Assembly (NCBI GenBank): GCA_964252035.1
Contig: OZ176213.1
DNA: 64,000 nucleotides
Direction: 5' to 3' (one strand)
DNA from: Podarcis erhardii
Taxonomy: Eukaryota
The number at the start of each line of letters is the position of its first letter. The stretch's first letter is position 1. The notes beneath the pieces are model-generated. The model was given only the letters and a program-made list of their open reading frames with translations. It did no database searches and had not been told where the DNA came from. Shown here piece by piece: positions 58,428 to 64,000 of the stretch. Both the position numbers and the translations under genes were made by a program.

Positions 58428-61307
58428 GTAGCAGCACCTGATCTACAACAGGATGTGTTAACCATCCCGTTGGTTGTGCTTGGATGCCCTTAAGCTCCCA
58501 CAAAAGGCTGTTACTAGTGGAGTGGCAGAAATTGTATCTTACCTTTTTGTTTCTTTTTATGCACAAGCAATGATTCAGCAGGTCTGGGGATGGAGGGAAA
58601 ATGATAAAAACCGAAATGAAACCTTAGGTGAAGCAAAAAAACAAAGTGGGGGGAAGCAGTTGGAGTCTGTATGAATGAAAAAAATATATTATTACCTCAC
58701 AGTATGCTGACATGATAGGAGATATCCATTGGCAATAATTGCATGCAACGCCTCAGTGAATGTGACTGAAGCTTTTTCCCTTGTGGGGTGGGGTGGGGGA
58801 GGATGTCTGAATTCAGAGTAAACGCTTCAGGGCCAGAATGTGCTGTGGCTTGCTTCTAGGAAACACGGCGGTTCTTGTGTTTTCTTAGTATTTAGCTATC
58901 ATATTCTTACATTTGACTTCCCAGGTTTACTGGGTCATATCCAATATTCATTCTACTTAGTGTAGTTTATAGAAATGTCTATTTTGGGTCCATTAATTGC
59001 AGTGGGGCTACTCTGAGTAGAAACGTAGTTGGATGCAACCCCTTACTTCCTTCTACTGCAAACATTTTATTTTTGAGAGTTTAACTTTTATGCTGATTTG
59101 GTCTCTTTTAAAGAAGTGTCTACCAAATTCTCCAAAAGAAACCGTTCTTAAACTCTTTTTCTTTTTGGGGACCACTTCAAATTTGCTAGAGTGGAACAAG
59201 TGACGGAACTCTTAAACTTCCTCTGTTCTACAATGCAAAACTGGCACACAGGACATATTTTAACAACCACAATTTTCTAACATGAAGGAGATGCCTGTTT
59301 TTGTGAGCAACTTTCTGTAAAATTGGTGTAATGTTTGTCAGCTTTAGCCTGAGGTTCAGCTTCCATCCTGCTTCCGCATTTGGACTCAAGGGCAGCAATT
59401 GACATAAACCCCCATCTTGTACAGGTACAAGAATAATGAAATTATTAGACTGCACCAGCAGTGTATTACTGTATTCACTGTATTCTGAAGATCATGGGAC
59501 AGTTCTCTCTCTCTCTCTCTGGCATAGCTGGGGGGGGGGTTGGGGGCACTGGGAACCACACCGCACTTATGGCTGGGCCTGCAGTGTGCCCGTGCCACGC
59601 GTCTCTCCTGGGAGTGATGTGGTGTCTTGGGTGCCTGCAGGCTCTGCACTGCCTGAAACGGCAGTGTGGGGCTTGCGACTGCCTGCCACTTCCCCTCAGC
59701 CGCCCTACAACTGAGGGGGAGGCGGCAGCCGGACTCTTTAGATGCTCCACGAAGTGTGCCCTGTCCCCGGGCACAGGGTGCACGTGCTGCCCCTGGTGCC
59801 CGAGCGGCTAGCTATGCCTCAACGGTCTCCACCCCCTCTCTCAGGTTTCAGGGAGCCCCACAGGCAAGTAGGTGATCGTCCCACTATGTACATCTCTAGC
59901 TTAACCCAAAATTATTGGGACAAAGAACAAGGACATTATACAGAACTCTGTTTGATTCAGCAAAGCAATTTTTATGATAAATTGCATGTGAAAAGAAGCT
60001 ATATTTTAATCTTTAAACATCTCCTATCCCTGCCATCAGCCTCCAGACCCATAAAGTCAATATAATCATAATATATTATTCAATACAGCATGTCAGAAAC
60101 TCCCTTCTGGGGAAAATGGATTCAGCGTATGGCTTTGCAAATAGAAGGCAAGCCGACACAATGCAACTCATTTGTCTCTAAAGCCTGTTAAGATCGTTGA
60201 GTTGCAGATCCCCAAGATAAGCAAGCTAACATTGTTCTCCTACTCATTCTTCTGTGGTCTCTGTGTTGAAGCCAAAATGTAATTTAGAGCTTTCATTTAC
60301 ATAGTCCTTTTTGTACTGCCATGTCTTTTTAAAAGCTGTCTAATGTATTTACCGACCCACGTTAGAAGCTTTTTGAAAGGGAGTGTTAGTGAGGTCAAGG
60401 CCTTGGCCGGCTGTTTCTTTCCAAATCAGATAGGACTGTAGAGATATGTCAGCGCTCAGTATAAAATAAGATAAAACTCCCTGTGCATGCCACCCAAAAC
60501 AATTGACTATTGGAATTATCAGCATGCAGAAGTGTGAGGAGGTGAAGCCAGTGGAAAAGTTGGCCCTGTGAGTGAAGATGCAAGGTGTCTAAATTGGGAA
60601 ACATCACTACGCCATATGCAGCAGCATCAGTTCAGAGTTCAGACCTTCAGAATCGTTCCATTGAGACGGTCCAACTTGGCCTTGACCCAAGTAGCACAGA
60701 AAGAAGTTGTGTCTTGCCAGCTCAGTGTCTGGATGCTTGTAACCTTTCTAAAAATAAAGGACTACTTCTGAGAGGAGCATGGCTCCTTCATTTTACTTAT
60801 ACCCTTAGGACTCTGAAAATTCAAGGAAAGCTGATAAGACATTCCTCAACTTGACTAAAGTTTATTCCGTGCATTTCCACACATATTTAAACTGGTTTAG
60901 TACTTTTTTTCATCTCTCTGGGAAACTCTTACTACTGGAATTCTGTGAGGGGGCCCTCCAGTTGTCAATTTTATTGTTCGTTTGTGATTTTTTGTCCTCA
61001 TGATGCTGTTGGGGCGATCATGCTCAGTTCTGCTTTCCCTACAGCTAAAGGCAGGACTTGGAAACACCCTTTCCTGAAATCCTGGATAGCTGCTGCCAGT
61101 CAGTGTAGCTAATTCTGAGCTGATTTGTACAGGTGCTCACCTTGGACTCACAGAAGCTGTTCAGTCCAAGTTCCTAAGGCAATTTTTCTCCGTCCCATCC
61201 TGTGTTCCAAACGCTTCACTGCGCTTGGAGGCTAAGCTTCCTTCTGTTGAATTCCAGATTTGGCGTAGGACACTTAATTATTGGTTTTGGCTGAATTTAA
61301 CCCCCAC

Positions 61308-61646
61308 CGGGTGGCGCTGTGGGTTAAACCACAGAGCCTAGGACTTGCCAATCAGAAGTTCGGCGGTTCGAATCCCCATGAGGGGGTGAGCTCCTGTTGC
61401 TCAGTCCCTGCTCCTGCCAACCTAGCAGCTCGAAAGCACGTCAAAGTGCAAGTAGATAAATAGGTACCGCTCCAGCGTAAACAGCATTTCCGTGCACTGC
61501 TCTGGTTCGCCAGAAGCAGCTTAGTCATGCTGGCCACATGACCCGGAAGCTGTATGCTCCCTCGGCCAATAAAGCGAGATGAGTGCCGCAACCCAAGAGT
61601 CGGCCACGACTGGACCTAATGGTCAGGGGTCCCTTTACCTTTACCT
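61308..61646 (+). mobile_element. Sauria SINE
   Basis: cgggtggcgctgtgggttaaacc...ggtcaggggtccctttacctttacc. Confidence 0.93.
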
Positions 61647-61712
61647 TATGATTATTTTTCACCCAGTCTTCTTGATATATTGGCACCATACTTGCAAAAG
61701 TTAACAGTTCTA

Positions 61713-61985
61713 AGATACAGGTGTGCTTTCACTTATGCAAGACTGAACATACTGCCTTCAGCCGTACTTGAGGGTTGATTTCAAAAAATTCTGCTGGAAA
61801 ACTATTTATGTCCATATGGAGATGACAGTATTGAATCAGTAGCTCATGTACTGCTAGATTGTGCTCTTTATAAAGATTTGAGGAGTGAGGTTATTACCCC
61901 TCTACTACTATCTATACCAGGCCATTCAACCGTCGCTACTGTGTCATTTCTTTTGGCAAATAAAGATAACCAGGCTCAGCTTTTT
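61713..61985 (+). mobile_element. Non-LTR retrotransposon ORF2 C-terminal remnant (RTE-X-like, clade tentative)
   Basis: Manual translation RYRCAFTYARLNILPSAVLEG*FQKILLENYLCPYGDDSIESVAHVLLDCALYKDLR shows a degenerate CCHC zinc knuckle with an internal stop. Confidence 0.65.
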
Positions 61986-62119
61986 TTTTTTTTTATAACC
62001 TATGGGTTCACATGTTTTATCTGTGGCTACATGTGGATCATGTATCAATTCTGTCATTTGCATTGATGTAAACCTCCACAACGTATTCTGTATAGCTAAC
62101 TATTTAGCTCTGTTCCCCA

Positions 62120-62525
62120 GGGGAGCGGGTGGCGCTGTGATCTAAACCACTGAGTCTCTTGGGCTTGCTGATCAGAAGGTCAGCGATTTGAATCCGTGCA
62201 ACGGGGTGAGCTCCTGTTGCTCTCTCCCAGCTTCTGCCAACCTAGCAGTTTGAAAGCACACCAGTGCAAGTAGATAAATAGGAAGTGCTGTGGTGAGAAG
62301 GTAAATGCCGTTTCCGTGTGCTCTGGTTTCTGTCGCAGTGTTCCGTTGTGCCAGAAGGAGTTTAGTCATGCTGGCCACATGACCCAGAAAGCTGTCTGTG
62401 GACAAACACCGGCTCCGTCTGCCTGAAGTGAGATGAGCACTGCAACCCCATAGTCTCACCTTTGACTGGACTTAACCATCCAGGGGTCCTTTACCTTTAC
62501 CTTTACCTTTACCTTTACCTTTACC
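62120..62525 (+). mobile_element. Sauria SINE, variant subfamily, with (CCTTTA)6 tail
   Basis: Longer body with diagnostic segments (gtttctgtcgcagtgttccgttgtgcc; cctttgactggacttaaccatccagggg). The 3' variant is shared with the truncated copy at 63875-63966. Confidence 0.9.
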
Positions 62526-62582
62526 ATGTACCTCCAGTATATTTTATCTTATTGCTATGGCAAGTGGCTAACGCAAATAAAG

Positions 62583-62607
62583 TTTCTATCTGTCTATCAT
62601 CTGTCTA

Positions 62608-62651
<44 letters not shown>

Positions 62652-62663
62652 ATCATCTATCTA
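62583..62663. repeat. Imperfect (TCTA)n microsatellite
   Basis: Directly visible. Confidence 0.9.
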
Positions 62664-63874
62664 CGTAATTCTGAGCTAAATGGACTAGTACAAGGGCTTT
62701 CAGTGTGGTTGCCCCTGTTCTGTAGAACAGCATTCCTGTCAAGATACGACAGGCCCCTACAGTCTACACTTTCCAGAAACAACTGAATACATTTTTTTTC
62801 TTCTGAATACCTTTCCCACAGCTAGATGAAGAATTCTCTGTCATGGGTGTCCATTTGGTTTTTAAATTTATCTTCTGTTATATGTTTGTGCTGCCATATT
62901 GCTATGAAAGTTGATAGCAATATTAATGCTTCCTGCGCTCCTAACTTCTTCTGCTCCTTCTTCTTCATTAAATTTATATACGCCCCTTCGTCAGAAGACT
63001 GCAGGGTAGTTTACAAAATGCAACTATGTGTTATATCTGAGCAACATACAAATCAAAACAATTATATGAATGCAACTCTAATACTAAACATTATATAACA
63101 AAACACAGATTCTCATTAACAGCAGCAGCATAAAAAGGAGAAGGAGAGAGGAGAGGAGAGGAGAAGATCAGCAGCAAATCAACAGCAGCTCCCAGTCACT
63201 TGTCACAGGACCACAGGCAAAGAGATATAGGAGAGGAGCCCTTTAGCCCAAGCAACTCTCAAATGACTAAAATACCTACAGAGTGGGAGGTTCAGGAGAC
63301 AGATAAACTCTGCTTCCAGCTGCCAGGTGTACCCCTCCCCCTGCTCCTCTCTGCATCAGCCTTTGTGTTTGAATTCTGTGGGCTTCGAAGCATCAGCGAT
63401 TCTTTATGGTGAATTCCATGATACTCTCTTTCTCGGAAATCTTGCTTAAGACTCATGTTTAGTCCCATCATCCTTCCCTGCTCTCCCTTCTTTTTGCACT
63501 GCCTCCTTGTCTCCATCCAAAATACTTTATTGATACAGATGGTTTGGGAAAACTGGAAAAGAAGGAAGTCTCTGAGTTCATCTTAAAATACTGACTGAAA
63601 AGCTGACTTTCGAAACTCTGCAAAGTTTGCAGAGCAGTTGTCCTTGGTACATTTTTAGCTGGGGGGCAGTTTTATTTATTTTTTATTTATTGAATTTACA
63701 TCCTCCCCCCTCCCCCTGCCACAAGGATCCCAGGGTGACAAACAGATCTATAATTTAAAAACAAAAACAAAGCAAAAACATTCTAAAACAGTTTAAAACA
63801 TTCTAAAAGCAACTACAGTTTTAAACTTCTAAATGCAGTTCTATTTAAAAAACATTCAATAAGCGATTTTTGGT

Positions 63875-63966
63875 CTGAAATGCGAGATGAGTGCCACACC
63901 CCATAGTCGCCTTTGACTGGACTTAACGATCCAGGGTTTAACCATCCTTTACCTTTACCTTTACCT
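63875..63966 (+). mobile_element. 5'-truncated Sauria SINE (variant subfamily)
   Basis: gcgagatgagtgccacaccccatagtcgcctttgactggacttaacgatcc...tttacctttacctttacc. Confidence 0.85.
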
Positions 63967-64000
63967 CACCATGGATAAATAATCTGAACTTTGGCCTTAC

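Noticed and set aside
49022-64000. ADAMTS17 exon 8 (GIAYLGGVC...HELGH zinc-binding motif)
   Set aside because: Not found by eye or in the ORF track; it presumably lies beyond the window. A short exon could have been missed, so TBLASTN would settle it.

Overview
Vertebrate genomic DNA, most likely a lacertid lizard (inferred from Sauria SINEs with (ACCTTT)n tails and squamate-type CR1, L1, RTE and MITE families). The + strand carries the CpG-rich promoter and coding exons 1-7 of ADAMTS17 (3168-3252, 7500-7867, 16191-16356, 32175-32347, 41876-41959, 42917-43074, 48978-49021). All junctions are GT-AG and the frame is continuous over 1078 nt, covering the signal peptide, prodomain, RERR furin site and the first part of the metalloprotease domain. 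I did not find the HExxH zinc-binding exon, so intron 7 appears to run past the window end. The introns are dense in transposons: 7 Sauria SINEs, 4 Tc1/mariner MITEs, at least 9 hAT MITEs, tRNA-headed SINEs and LINE remnants. Intron 4 holds a three-level nest in which an RTE remnant contains an L1 fragment with a 19-bp TSD, which contains a young 2.56-kb CR1. There are three N gaps. No rRNA, true tRNA, CRISPR array or second protein-coding gene is supported. I cannot demonstrate a new biological system from sequence alone. The best leads are the nested retrotransposons, inverted repeats bracketing a frame-symmetric exon 2-3 prodomain module, a MITE carrying TTAGGG repeats, and an overlapping upstream ORF.
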